Origin: Acidimicrobiales bacterium
GTDB taxonomy: Bacteria; Actinomycetota; Acidimicrobiia; Acidimicrobiales; Bin134
Length of the DNA stretch: 64,000 nucleotides
Direction: 5' to 3'
NCBI GenBank assembly: GCA_965208505.1
Contig: OZ242339.1
Span: 1,407,715 to 1,471,714 of the forward strand
Shown here: positions 47,324 through 55,357 of the stretch, piece by piece
How positions within the stretch are numbered: the first letter of the stretch is position 1
Layout of the letters: each line of letters opens with the position of its first letter
The notes under the pieces: model-generated
Seen by the model: the letters and a program-made list of their open reading frames with translations, nothing else
Database searches by the model: none
What the model was told of the DNA's origin: nothing
Program-made: the position numbers and the translations under genes

Positions 47324-48792
47324 GGGGCGCTCAGTGTGACCGGTTGGGTGAGGATCTCCACATCCAAGAAGGACTCAACCTCCCGGATACCAGAGAAGAT
47401 AACTATCTTGCCCCCCGAGTTGCAGTCATCCTTGTCAGTAGCGGACAACGTGATCCCGTAGGCCGTTCCGCCTCGATAAAACGGCCCTCCGCTGTCACCT
47501 CCGCAGCCTTTCAGTCTTTGGCCATCCACCCGAACGAACCCGGCATCACAGACAGTGTCTACGCCACTGGAGTTATAGCAAGTTAGTTCGCCACTCATTG
47601 GCTGATAACTTATGTTGGTGACTCTGCCGCAAGATATCCCGCTGCGCTCGCCGGTGTGGCACACGTAATCGTCTTGCATGTTGGCGCGGGCCTCTGTACG
47701 GATCACGTCGCATGAGGGGTTGGGGTAGCTGCGTGGGTCGCGGCACAAGTAGTCGTCGGCCACATAGTGGGATCCGCTGGTTGGAGTGGGGATGCGGTGG
47801 AACTGAGCGTCGGCGGTGGGGCTCACCCAGCCGTAGACGAACGGCAGCACTACACCCTTCATGCTGTACGTGTCAGTTTCAGTTGGACCGTCGTCACTGC
47901 AGTGTCCAGCAGTGACGACACCGTAGTCGTAGCCACCGCCGTTGCTTCGGCGGGCTGTGAACCCCGATGTGCAAATGAATATCCCAGATATCTCTTCTCC
48001 GCCTTGGAAGCTCTCCGCTGGGGCGATGCCGCGGCCGTCGGCGACGGTGAAGGGCACTTCGATGTGATCGTCGAGCAGTTCCGCGACCGCGGTCTTGCTT
48101 TGCTCGAAGGTCAGTTCAGAAACCGTGCCTAGCGGGCCGACATCGGGAGCGAGGCCGGGGTCTATGCCGACGCGAATAGCATTACCCGCCATATCGGTCT
48201 CCAAAAATGTGACCACTTCGGCCAGACCCGCGCCCACCCCGGCACCCTCGAGATCGCCCGGCGTGCCGGGCCCGGCCTGCCCAACAGCGCCGGTGCTACC
48301 CAGCGCGCCGCTACCGAAGGCAGGTCTTTGAGCCGCAAAAAGCTTTTCTGAAAGGCCGCGCTGCGCGGCCAGGAGCTCGGCGTAGCTGTGCTGGACGCCG
48401 GTGCGGATCTCCACATCGCTGTGAGCGTCGGCGACAGCAGCCGCAGCAGCGCCAGCCGGCTCGTCTCCGGTGAGCAGCACCCAGCCCCCGAAGTCGCCGC
48501 GGTGGTCTATGCCCCACCCCGCAACCCGTGCCGACTCAAGACCGCGGATTGTCGCCAGAACCTCCTGGATCGCCCCAATGCGTCCAAGGCGGCGGCTGGC
48601 CTCAGCCTGCGACACCGAGTACTCCAACGCATACGACTCCACAGCAACATCCACCGATTCCGCAGCCGGGCTTCGCTCTACCGCCTTAGACTGCTTGTCC
48701 TCAGCCGCATGCACCGTGCCCGCTATTGCTGCACCAAAGGCAAACAGCCCAATCGTACCGAGCAAAATAACTTGCCACTTCTTCCACTTCAT
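47320..48792 (-). CDS. Secreted S1-family serine protease (alpha-lytic protease / streptogrisin type) with pro-region
   Basis: Signal peptide MKWKKWQVILLGTIGLFAFGAAIAG, a long pro-region, VTAGHC (His) and GCGGDSGGPF (Ser). Its stop overlaps the lipoprotein start (GTGA). Confidence 0.85.
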   Translation of the reverse strand: MKWKKWQVILLGTIGLFAFGAAIAGTVHAAEDKQSKAVERSPAAESVDVAVESYALEYSVSQAEASRRLGRIGAIQEVLATIRGLESARVAGWGIDHRGDFGGWVLLTGDEPAGAAAAAVADAHSDVEIRTGVQHSYAELLAAQRGLSEKLFAAQRPAFGSGALGSTGAVGQAGPGTPGDLEGAGVGAGLAEVVTFLETDMAGNAIRVGIDPGLAPDVGPLGTVSELTFEQSKTAVAELLDDHIEVPFTVADGRGIAPAESFQGGEEISGIFICTSGFTARRSNGGGYDYGVVTAGHCSDDGPTETDTYSMKGVVLPFVYGWVSPTADAQFHRIPTPTSGSHYVADDYLCRDPRSYPNPSCDVIRTEARANMQDDYVCHTGERSGISCGRVTNISYQPMSGELTCYNSSGVDTVCDAGFVRVDGQRLKGCGGDSGGPFYRGGTAYGITLSATDKDDCNSGGKIVIFSGIREVESFLDVEILTQPVTLSAP

Positions 48793-48912
48793 TGGCTTCT
48801 TCTATTCTGGGCTTCCTCTTTGTTCTGGATTTGGGGATGTATTCCTTGGTTCGCCTCCGTTACCTCTTCAAGTGAACGTATGTCGGCTTCACGGGTCTTG
48901 CAATCAAAAAGG

Positions 48913-48951
48913 GTGTCAAAACATGACAAGTTTTTTGTCATCTTTTGACAC
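48913..48951. promoter_or_regulatory. 39 bp near-perfect palindrome (operator candidate) in an AT-rich divergent intergenic region
   Basis: GTGTCAAAACATGACAA-gtttt-TTGTCATCTTTTGACAC, 16 of 17 arm positions complementary. It is followed immediately by TTGACA (48952-48957), 17 nt, then TACAAC. Confidence 0.5.
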
Positions 48952-49026
48952 TTGACAACGTTGGGACGGGCGTGTACAACGCGGCTTTCTTGCAAGACAA
49001 GGCCAAGTTGGTCAAGATTTGGACCA

Positions 49027-49290
49027 ATGAACACAATCCTCCCCTTTTCCGAAGCCAAGAGCCGTCTGTCAGAACTGGCTGATCGCGTTGAACATCAGGA
49101 AGACCGAATTCTGGTGACTCGAAATGGCCGCCCTTCGTTCATACTGGTCAATTGCGACTATCTCGAATCTCTAGAAGAGACCCTTGACATCATGAGGGAT
49201 CCTGAGTTGGTGGCATCGCTTCGCAGGTCTCGCGCCGAGGCCGAAGCAGGCCTGACCCTTCCCCTGCGGGATTGTGTGAATACCAGCTAG
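49027..49290 (+). CDS. Phd/YefM-family antitoxin-like protein (no adjacent toxin gene)
   Basis: From ATG 49027: MNTILPFSEAKSRLSELADRVEHQEDRILVTRNGRPSFILVNCDYLESLEETLDIMRDPE..., a typical Phd/YefM N-terminal fold. Confidence 0.8.
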   Translation: MNTILPFSEAKSRLSELADRVEHQEDRILVTRNGRPSFILVNCDYLESLEETLDIMRDPELVASLRRSRAEAEAGLTLPLRDCVNTS

Positions 49291-49622
49291 CCGGGCTGGC
49301 GGACGATGGCGCCGGGCTCGATGCCGGTGTCGGGGCCGATGCCGTCGAGTTGAAAGGCCATGAGCATGTGGAACTCTTCGTCGTTCTGCACGGTGTGGTC
49401 GATGGAGGTGACTCGGGTGGAGATCGACTGACCGCCGACGTCTACCACTAGGGCGTCGCCTTCTTGTACGCGGCCCGCAGTCGCCCGGCCGATTACGAAG
49501 AAACCGTCGGCTGACATGGCCTCGGTGCGGACGACCTCGAACCGGAACAACTCCTTGCTGCGGCGCCAGCGCTTGAAGAATGTCCGCCAGTTGTGGGGCT
49601 GATCGTCCCACTCTCCCTCCAC
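49287..49622 (-). CDS. Small EF-Tu-domain-II-like beta-barrel protein
   Basis: This is the C-terminal 111 codons of track ORF 49287-50789; the rest of that ORF is antisense to the amidohydrolase. FRFEVVRTEAMSADGFFVIGRATAGRVQEGDALVV...TRVTSID...GIEPGAIV resembles translation-factor domain 2. Start proposed at GTG 49622. Confidence 0.5.
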   Translation of the reverse strand: MEGEWDDQPHNWRTFFKRWRRSKELFRFEVVRTEAMSADGFFVIGRATAGRVQEGDALVVDVGGQSISTRVTSIDHTVQNDEEFHMLMAFQLDGIGPDTGIEPGAIVRQPG

Positions 49623-49661
49623 GATGCCCGGCGAGTTGCTCACAGTTGGCAAACTAGTGGA

Positions 49662-50867
49662 ATGAGCGACCGGTACACCATCATCTCGGCCGACTGCCAC
49701 GCCGGGGCCAACCACGAGACTTACCGCGGGTTTTTGGAATCCAAGTACCAAGACGATTTCGACGCCTGGCGGGACAAGTACCGAAACCCATTCCGCGACC
49801 TCCAAGACGGCGGCCGGGTGCGCAACTGGGACAACGAGCGCCGATTGGGCGACCTGTACGCCGACGGCCAGGTGGGCGAGGTGGTGTTCCCCAACACCGT
49901 GCCCCCGTTCTTCCCCAGCTTCATCCTGTTCGCCCGCCCGCCCCAGGCCGATCAGCTCGAGCACCGACTGGCCGGCATCCGGGCCCACAACCGCTGGCTG
50001 GCCGACTGGTGCGCCCAGTATCCCGACCAGCGGGCCGGCATCGGCCAGACCTTCTTGAACGATGTGGACGAGGCCATCAAAGACGTGGAGTTCATCGCGG
50101 CCAACAACCTGCGCGGCGGCGTGCTGATCTCTGCCATCCCGCCCGACTGCAAGGATCTGGCCCCCCTGTACGACCCGGCTTACGACCCGTTCTGGGCCGC
50201 CTGTGAGGACCTCGGGGTGATCGTCAACAGCCACGGCGGTACCGGCGTCCCCAACTACGGCAAGTACTCGGTGTCGGATCTGCTGTTCATCACCGAAGTG
50301 AGCTTCTACTCCCACCGGCCCTTCTACCAGCTTTTGCTGTCGGGAGTGTTCGAACGGTTCCCCAAGCTCAAGTTCGTGATGACCGAGCAGGGCTGCGCCT
50401 GGCTGGTGGGCGCTCTGGCCCACATGGATGAGACCCTGGCCAAGATCCGCGACACCGGCCGCATGGGCGAGATGCGCTACGACGAGAGCCACATCCTGCC
50501 CCGCAGCGCCACCGAGTACTTCCAGCAGAACTGCTGGGTGGGCATAAGCCAGCCGGGCCACGACGACGCCGCCGCCCGTGAGGTGCTGGGGGTGAACAAG
50601 GTGATGTGGGGATCGGACTACCCCCACAACGAGGGCACCGGCCCTTACACCCGAGAGCACCTGCGCCAGGTGTTCTGCGGCACCGAACCTGGTGAGCTCC
50701 AGCAGATCCTGGCCGGCAACGCCGCCGACCTCTACGGCTTCAACCTCGACGCCCTGGCCCCGCTGGCCGCCCAGCACGGCCCGACCCACGACGAGATAGC
50801 CGTTCCCCTCAGCGAGCTTCCCGCCGAGCCCAACGAAGCGCTGCTCAAAAACGCCGTCGCGGCCTGA
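49662..50867 (+). CDS. Amidohydrolase-2 family metal hydrolase
   Basis: From ATG 49662: YTIISADCHAG near the N-terminus and WGSDYPHNEG near the C-terminus. Confidence 0.8.
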   Translation: MSDRYTIISADCHAGANHETYRGFLESKYQDDFDAWRDKYRNPFRDLQDGGRVRNWDNERRLGDLYADGQVGEVVFPNTVPPFFPSFILFARPPQADQLEHRLAGIRAHNRWLADWCAQYPDQRAGIGQTFLNDVDEAIKDVEFIAANNLRGGVLISAIPPDCKDLAPLYDPAYDPFWAACEDLGVIVNSHGGTGVPNYGKYSVSDLLFITEVSFYSHRPFYQLLLSGVFERFPKLKFVMTEQGCAWLVGALAHMDETLAKIRDTGRMGEMRYDESHILPRSATEYFQQNCWVGISQPGHDDAAAREVLGVNKVMWGSDYPHNEGTGPYTREHLRQVFCGTEPGELQQILAGNAADLYGFNLDALAPLAAQHGPTHDEIAVPLSELPAEPNEALLKNAVAA

Positions 50868-50936
50868 TCAGGCCAGCCATATTTCGAGCTACTCGCTGAA
50901 CCATCCATAGCTGCCCGCGCCCGGCAACGGGGCGAA

Positions 50937-50965
50937 GGAACCAATCAGCATCACCGGGCGTCGTT
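50937..50965 (+). promoter_or_regulatory. ECF-type promoter candidate (GGAAC ... CGTCGTT) directly upstream of the sigma factor gene
   Basis: GGAAC at 50937-50941 and CGTCGTT at 50959-50965. This ends 5 nt before the GTG at 50971, suggesting autoregulation and a leaderless or near-leaderless mRNA. Confidence 0.35.
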
Positions 50966-50970
50966 GCTGG

Positions 50971-51507
50971 GTGATGAAGACTATCCCTTGGATGGCTTCG
51001 GGAATTTCTGAGGGCGAGCGGCCGGTTCCCCGTGAACCAACGCCAACTGGAGAGGTTCTCAAGCTGGCCAGCTTCGACGACCTTTATCGGGCCGAATATG
51101 AGCCGATGGTCCGGCTGGCCCGGGGGCTGGTGGACGCCAGGGAGGCGGCCGAAGAAGTCGTTCAAGACGCCTTCGCCAAGGTATTCGACCGCTGGAGCCG
51201 CCTCGACCAGCCGGGGGCGTACCTGCGCACTTCGGTGGTGAACGGTTCCCGCAGCGAACTGCGCAAGCGCGAGGTGAGACGGCGTATCGGCCTTCGGCCG
51301 TTTATTCCCCCCCAACCCGACGACCAGGACTACCTGCTCGATGCCCTCAGCCAGCTCTCACCCACACAGAAAACCGTCCTTGTCTTGAAGTTCTACGCCG
51401 ACATGAACGAGAGAGAAATCGCCCAGGCCATGGGGGTACGGCCGGGCACGGTGAAAAGCGCCACATCCCGAGGATTGGCCGAGCTGCGAAAGGTGGTCGA
51501 CCAATGA
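50971..51507 (+). CDS. ECF (group 4) RNA polymerase sigma factor
   Basis: Region 2 (EEVVQDAFAKVFDRW...YLRTSVVNGSR) and region 4 (LSPTQKTVLVLKFYADMNEREIAQAMGVRPGTVKSATSRGLAELR). Confidence 0.85.
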   Translation: MMKTIPWMASGISEGERPVPREPTPTGEVLKLASFDDLYRAEYEPMVRLARGLVDAREAAEEVVQDAFAKVFDRWSRLDQPGAYLRTSVVNGSRSELRKREVRRRIGLRPFIPPQPDDQDYLLDALSQLSPTQKTVLVLKFYADMNEREIAQAMGVRPGTVKSATSRGLAELRKVVDQ

Positions 51508-53489
51508 GCGACGAGCGCCAAACCCCTGAAGATCTGACCGGAGCCGACGACCAGGCCCTCGGTGAGGCCCTGGGCAACGCCATCCGCGAGCGGGTCATTG
51601 CCCCGGCTGCCCGGCCGCCGGTGTCGTCCATCGCCGAGCGAGCCGCCGCCCAAGCCAAGGCCCGCCACACCCGCCAGGCAGTTGTGGGCATCGCCGCCTC
51701 GGTTGCCCTGGTGGCTGGCGGCATTGCCGCTTGGAGCGCACTTGAGGAGGATCAGCCCACCGAGGTCATCGTGGTCAATGATCCCACTTTCGCACCGGAT
51801 CCAGAGGTAACAGCACAGCCGACCGCGGCCCCAACTGCTCCTTCGGTGGAGGAGCCCCAAGAAACACTCCCAGAAACACCCCAAGCCAGCGCCGAAGTCA
51901 CCACCCAGCCGATCACGCCCAAAAGCGTTTCGACCGGCCCGGAGCTCGGATGGGTCCAGTTCGACCCCACCACCGTTTTCGGCACCGACGTGATCGACGC
52001 TCACAGCATCGCCTCGGTGGGCGACGGCAGAGTGCTGGCTCAGGTCTACGGCCGCGACGGCGACCGGGTTCTGGTCACCGACAACGGCACTGACTGGACC
52101 GTGATCTCCATGCCGCCAGACTTTGCCCCTGAGCGCTTCAACTTCGCTGGCGAGCGCTGGGTAGTCACCGGATGGGATGTCTCCACCTTTGAAGACAACA
52201 TCAGCGCTTTCTTCTCCGACGATCAGGGTGCCACTTGGACAAATTTGGCCCTCGATATTGGTGGCAACGCCGACGAGACCGTTTCGGTGGCTGATGTTCT
52301 GGTGTCCGGCCAGAACATGGTGATTGCCGCGAAAGCCCGTTTCCATGTCGATATCGCCTCGGTGATCGTTAACCGGGGCCTGGTGCCCGACAAGGAATCG
52401 ATCAAGGGGTGGATGGGCGTCGAAGGCGACACGGTGAGCTTCACCCGGGATGAGTCGTCGGACCCGGAGTCGTTCGAGCTGACCGCCGAAGAGGAGGACT
52501 TTCTCTACGGGGGCGACCGCCGATTCGTTCGCCTATTCCATAGCGACGGCGGCGCTGCCGAGCAAGTGGCCGAGTATTCCGCTTGGGACGTTGGTGGCTA
52601 CGGCGCCGTCGACGGGTTCCATCTTGCGTTGATCGCCACCGAGGGAGAGCTGCTGCTTACCTCTGCTGACGGTCGCCAATGGAGCCAAGCGCCCTTGACG
52701 GCCGCCGACGGTGTGCCTGTCGGTCGCTTCTACTCCTACTACGGAACCACCGAGGGGACGGTCTGGACATCGGGCCAGACAAGCAGCCAATACCGGGCCG
52801 AGCGCTTTGAGGGCGCGTACTCCCCCGCACTGGTGGCCGAGCTCCCCAGCGGCATCGCCACGGTAGATCGTCTGTCGGTGGGGCCCGCGGGCATCGCCAT
52901 GGCGGCCTTGCAAGGAAGCACTCCTGACCCCAACCTCATACCTGTTTTCCAAGTCGCCAAAGACGGATACGAGCTTCGATACAACGACCCTGTGGGTGGC
53001 GTCAGCCTGTGGGACTTGTCTGAAGACATAGCCGTCTACGTGCTCGACGCCGAGAACGCTCAAAGCAACATGCTGCCCGAAGGCGTTCGGGAGGTGGAAG
53101 GAGGCGATGAGGTTCCCGATTTGTTGGTCTTCGAGGATCCCGACACCGGCGAGCACCTGGTGTCGTTCACCATGGAAGAGCTGGAGCCCTGGATCAGTAG
53201 CGACGGGTTTGTGGGTACTGCCGGTATCAGCACTGAGCAGAGCGAGCAGTGGGTCGGTTGGTCAGCCGACGGCAGCACCTGGGATTGGAAAACCCTGTCC
53301 GAAGCCTATGGCTTGACCGGCCTGACCGATCTCGAGAAGGGGTTCACCAACATCGAGCTGGCCGTAGGCAGCAACTTCGTGATTGCCCGAGTCCAGCCCT
53401 ATTCCGCCGACCCCTCCGACACCCCTGGCGATGACAGCATCATGCTCTCCGGCCATGCGCCACTTTGGTTCATCGCCACCGTAGAATGA
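51504..53489 (+). CDS. Single-pass membrane protein: putative anti-sigma N-terminus plus large extracytoplasmic Asp-box (BNR-like) repeat domain
   Basis: ATGA overlap with the sigma gene, TM helix AVVGIAASVALVAGGIAAW, Asp-box-like repeats SDDQGATW, TDNGTDW, SADGRQW and SADGSTW. Confidence 0.6.
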   Translation: MSDERQTPEDLTGADDQALGEALGNAIRERVIAPAARPPVSSIAERAAAQAKARHTRQAVVGIAASVALVAGGIAAWSALEEDQPTEVIVVNDPTFAPDPEVTAQPTAAPTAPSVEEPQETLPETPQASAEVTTQPITPKSVSTGPELGWVQFDPTTVFGTDVIDAHSIASVGDGRVLAQVYGRDGDRVLVTDNGTDWTVISMPPDFAPERFNFAGERWVVTGWDVSTFEDNISAFFSDDQGATWTNLALDIGGNADETVSVADVLVSGQNMVIAAKARFHVDIASVIVNRGLVPDKESIKGWMGVEGDTVSFTRDESSDPESFELTAEEEDFLYGGDRRFVRLFHSDGGAAEQVAEYSAWDVGGYGAVDGFHLALIATEGELLLTSADGRQWSQAPLTAADGVPVGRFYSYYGTTEGTVWTSGQTSSQYRAERFEGAYSPALVAELPSGIATVDRLSVGPAGIAMAALQGSTPDPNLIPVFQVAKDGYELRYNDPVGGVSLWDLSEDIAVYVLDAENAQSNMLPEGVREVEGGDEVPDLLVFEDPDTGEHLVSFTMEELEPWISSDGFVGTAGISTEQSEQWVGWSADGSTWDWKTLSEAYGLTGLTDLEKGFTNIELAVGSNFVIARVQPYSADPSDTPGDDSIMLSGHAPLWFIATVE

Positions 53490-53538
53490 GTCGAACGGTG
53501 GCTGCATGACCATCGTGTGTGGCTAAACGGCGGGACTG

Positions 53539-53582
53539 CTGCGGGTGGTTGGTGAGACCCCCTCCACACCAACCACCCGCAG
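53539..53582 (+). terminator. Perfect 16 bp stem / 12 nt loop hairpin between the two paralogs
   Basis: CTGCGGGTGGTTGGTG (53539-53554) pairs with CACCAACCACCCGCAG (53567-53582), followed by TGCATTTCGC. Confidence 0.5.
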
Positions 53583-53627
53583 TGCATTTCGCTACTTATA
53601 CCCTCGATTCTTCCTACCTATTGTGCG

Positions 53628-55322
53628 GTGAACATGACTACTACCCGGAACAGCCTGCGTGCAGCCGCTGGCCTTGTTGCGCTGGTTGCCTTGGCGATTG
53701 GCGGGATCGCGGGATGCAGCTCTTCAGGAAACTCCGAAGTGATCGTGTCCAGCGATTCCCCGGAGTCTGTGGACTCTCCGACTCCGCAGGTCGCGACACC
53801 CGAGGGAGTTGCTCAGCCACCAGAGCCCACCGTGGCGCCGGTAGTCACACCCACTGAGGCTCCCGATGTCTCTGGGCTGGTTTGGGCTGAAGTGGATCTC
53901 GCCGACGCTCTAGGCGCAGATGAGCACTCGACCATCCGCCTCGAGTCGGTAGGCGACGGGCGAGTACTGGCCCTGAGCTTCGTCGACCGAGGCATAGACA
54001 AGATATTGGTCACTGACGACAGCACGGAATGGGCACCAATCCCAGTTCCCGCTGGTTTCCTGCCTTGGGAAGTCGACATCATCGGCGACCGCTGGTTGAT
54101 TCAGGGATGGGACTCAACCGTCGAAGCTCCGGGTACTCAGATTCTGTTCTCCGACGACCAAGGAGCGAGTTGGACTGAGCTGGTGGTCGACTTGGGCTCT
54201 TTCGAAGGCACGGCTTGGATAACCGACGCCATTGTGGCTGGGGAACGCATCGTGGTGATGGCCCAGAGCGACGCCCGGCAGCCTGAAATTGACCAAGCAC
54301 TTGGTGATGAAATGGCCTACGAGCCGAGCGAGGAGCGTGTCCACCTCTTCTTGAGCAACGGTGGGCCACCCGAGTTGGTGGCCGAATTTCCGGGTTGGGC
54401 TTCTTCCGGTAGCTATGGAGCGTCTGATGGTTTCCACCTGATCTTGTACGGCCCTGAGGGTGACCAATTTTTGTATTCCCCAGACGGCCGTCAATGGACT
54501 ACCACATCGGTTGAGGTCGAGATAACCGATAGCGCCCAGAACGAACTCTGGACCACAGAAGAGACCGACGGAAAGTTCAAAGTCGAGCGCTTCGATGGCG
54601 TCTACGGCTGGGACCAGGTGCTGACCCTGCCTGACGGCATCGGGTGGATGCCCTCTCTTGCCGTCGGACCTGCCGGAGTTGCCGCGGTGGGCGGGCCGGC
54701 ATCGCCTTACGACGAATCTGACGGGGGCTTCACTCTGCCCGACATCAACATCGAAAAGGACGGTTACGAACTCCGGTACAACCAGCCTGAAGGCGGCATC
54801 ACGCTGTGGGATCTAGAAAATGACTCGGCGGTGCATATTTTCGACTCCGAGACCCTCCAAAGCGAGGGGGAGTTCCAGGAAGTGTCTGAAGTCGAGGATT
54901 CTCTCGGTTCAAATGTGGTATTCCACGACCCTGAAACCGGAGCCGAACTCGTGACCTTCCGCGGTGAAGAGTTGGCTGCTGCGGTCATGGAAGCGGAATC
55001 AGCCGCCAACAGCTATTACGACCCCAATGAGTTCTTGGTCGGCTGGTCGTCAGACGGCACCGACTGGGAATGGCAGACCCTCCAAGAAGCCTTCGGCCTT
55101 CCCGAGCACAGCGAAGGGGACAGCTCTTTCACCGACGTCCAAGTGGCCGTGGGTCCCGATTTCGTGCTCGCCCAGGTTCAGACCTTCGAATTCCCCGAAG
55201 CCGAGTTTGACGAAGACGTCGAGGTCGGCGTCGGCGACGGCCCATCCGATTCAACCTCTACCTACTTCACCGCCCCCATCTTCCCCTCTCCCATCCGCTG
55301 GTTCATTGCCAGGGTCGACTGA
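53628..55322 (+). CDS. Lipoprotein paralog of the 51504-53489 extracytoplasmic Asp-box domain
   Basis: Lipobox IAGC. Shared blocks with the upstream gene: SVGDGRVLA, ILVTDD, W(L/V)(I/V).GWD, FSDDQGASW, KDGYELRYN.P.GG(I/V).LWDL and a C-terminal WFIA.V. Confidence 0.7.
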   Translation: MNMTTTRNSLRAAAGLVALVALAIGGIAGCSSSGNSEVIVSSDSPESVDSPTPQVATPEGVAQPPEPTVAPVVTPTEAPDVSGLVWAEVDLADALGADEHSTIRLESVGDGRVLALSFVDRGIDKILVTDDSTEWAPIPVPAGFLPWEVDIIGDRWLIQGWDSTVEAPGTQILFSDDQGASWTELVVDLGSFEGTAWITDAIVAGERIVVMAQSDARQPEIDQALGDEMAYEPSEERVHLFLSNGGPPELVAEFPGWASSGSYGASDGFHLILYGPEGDQFLYSPDGRQWTTTSVEVEITDSAQNELWTTEETDGKFKVERFDGVYGWDQVLTLPDGIGWMPSLAVGPAGVAAVGGPASPYDESDGGFTLPDINIEKDGYELRYNQPEGGITLWDLENDSAVHIFDSETLQSEGEFQEVSEVEDSLGSNVVFHDPETGAELVTFRGEELAAAVMEAESAANSYYDPNEFLVGWSSDGTDWEWQTLQEAFGLPEHSEGDSSFTDVQVAVGPDFVLAQVQTFEFPEAEFDEDVEVGVGDGPSDSTSTYFTAPIFPSPIRWFIARVD

Positions 55323-55357
55323 CAGCGAGGGTGCCAGCAGCCCCTTAGACTCGGCCC

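Noticed and set aside
49290-49600. Looked for a toxin ORF on the + strand downstream of the Phd/YefM gene.
   Set aside because: Only very short + strand ORFs exist there (for example a 15-codon one). The region is occupied by a better-supported minus-strand gene.
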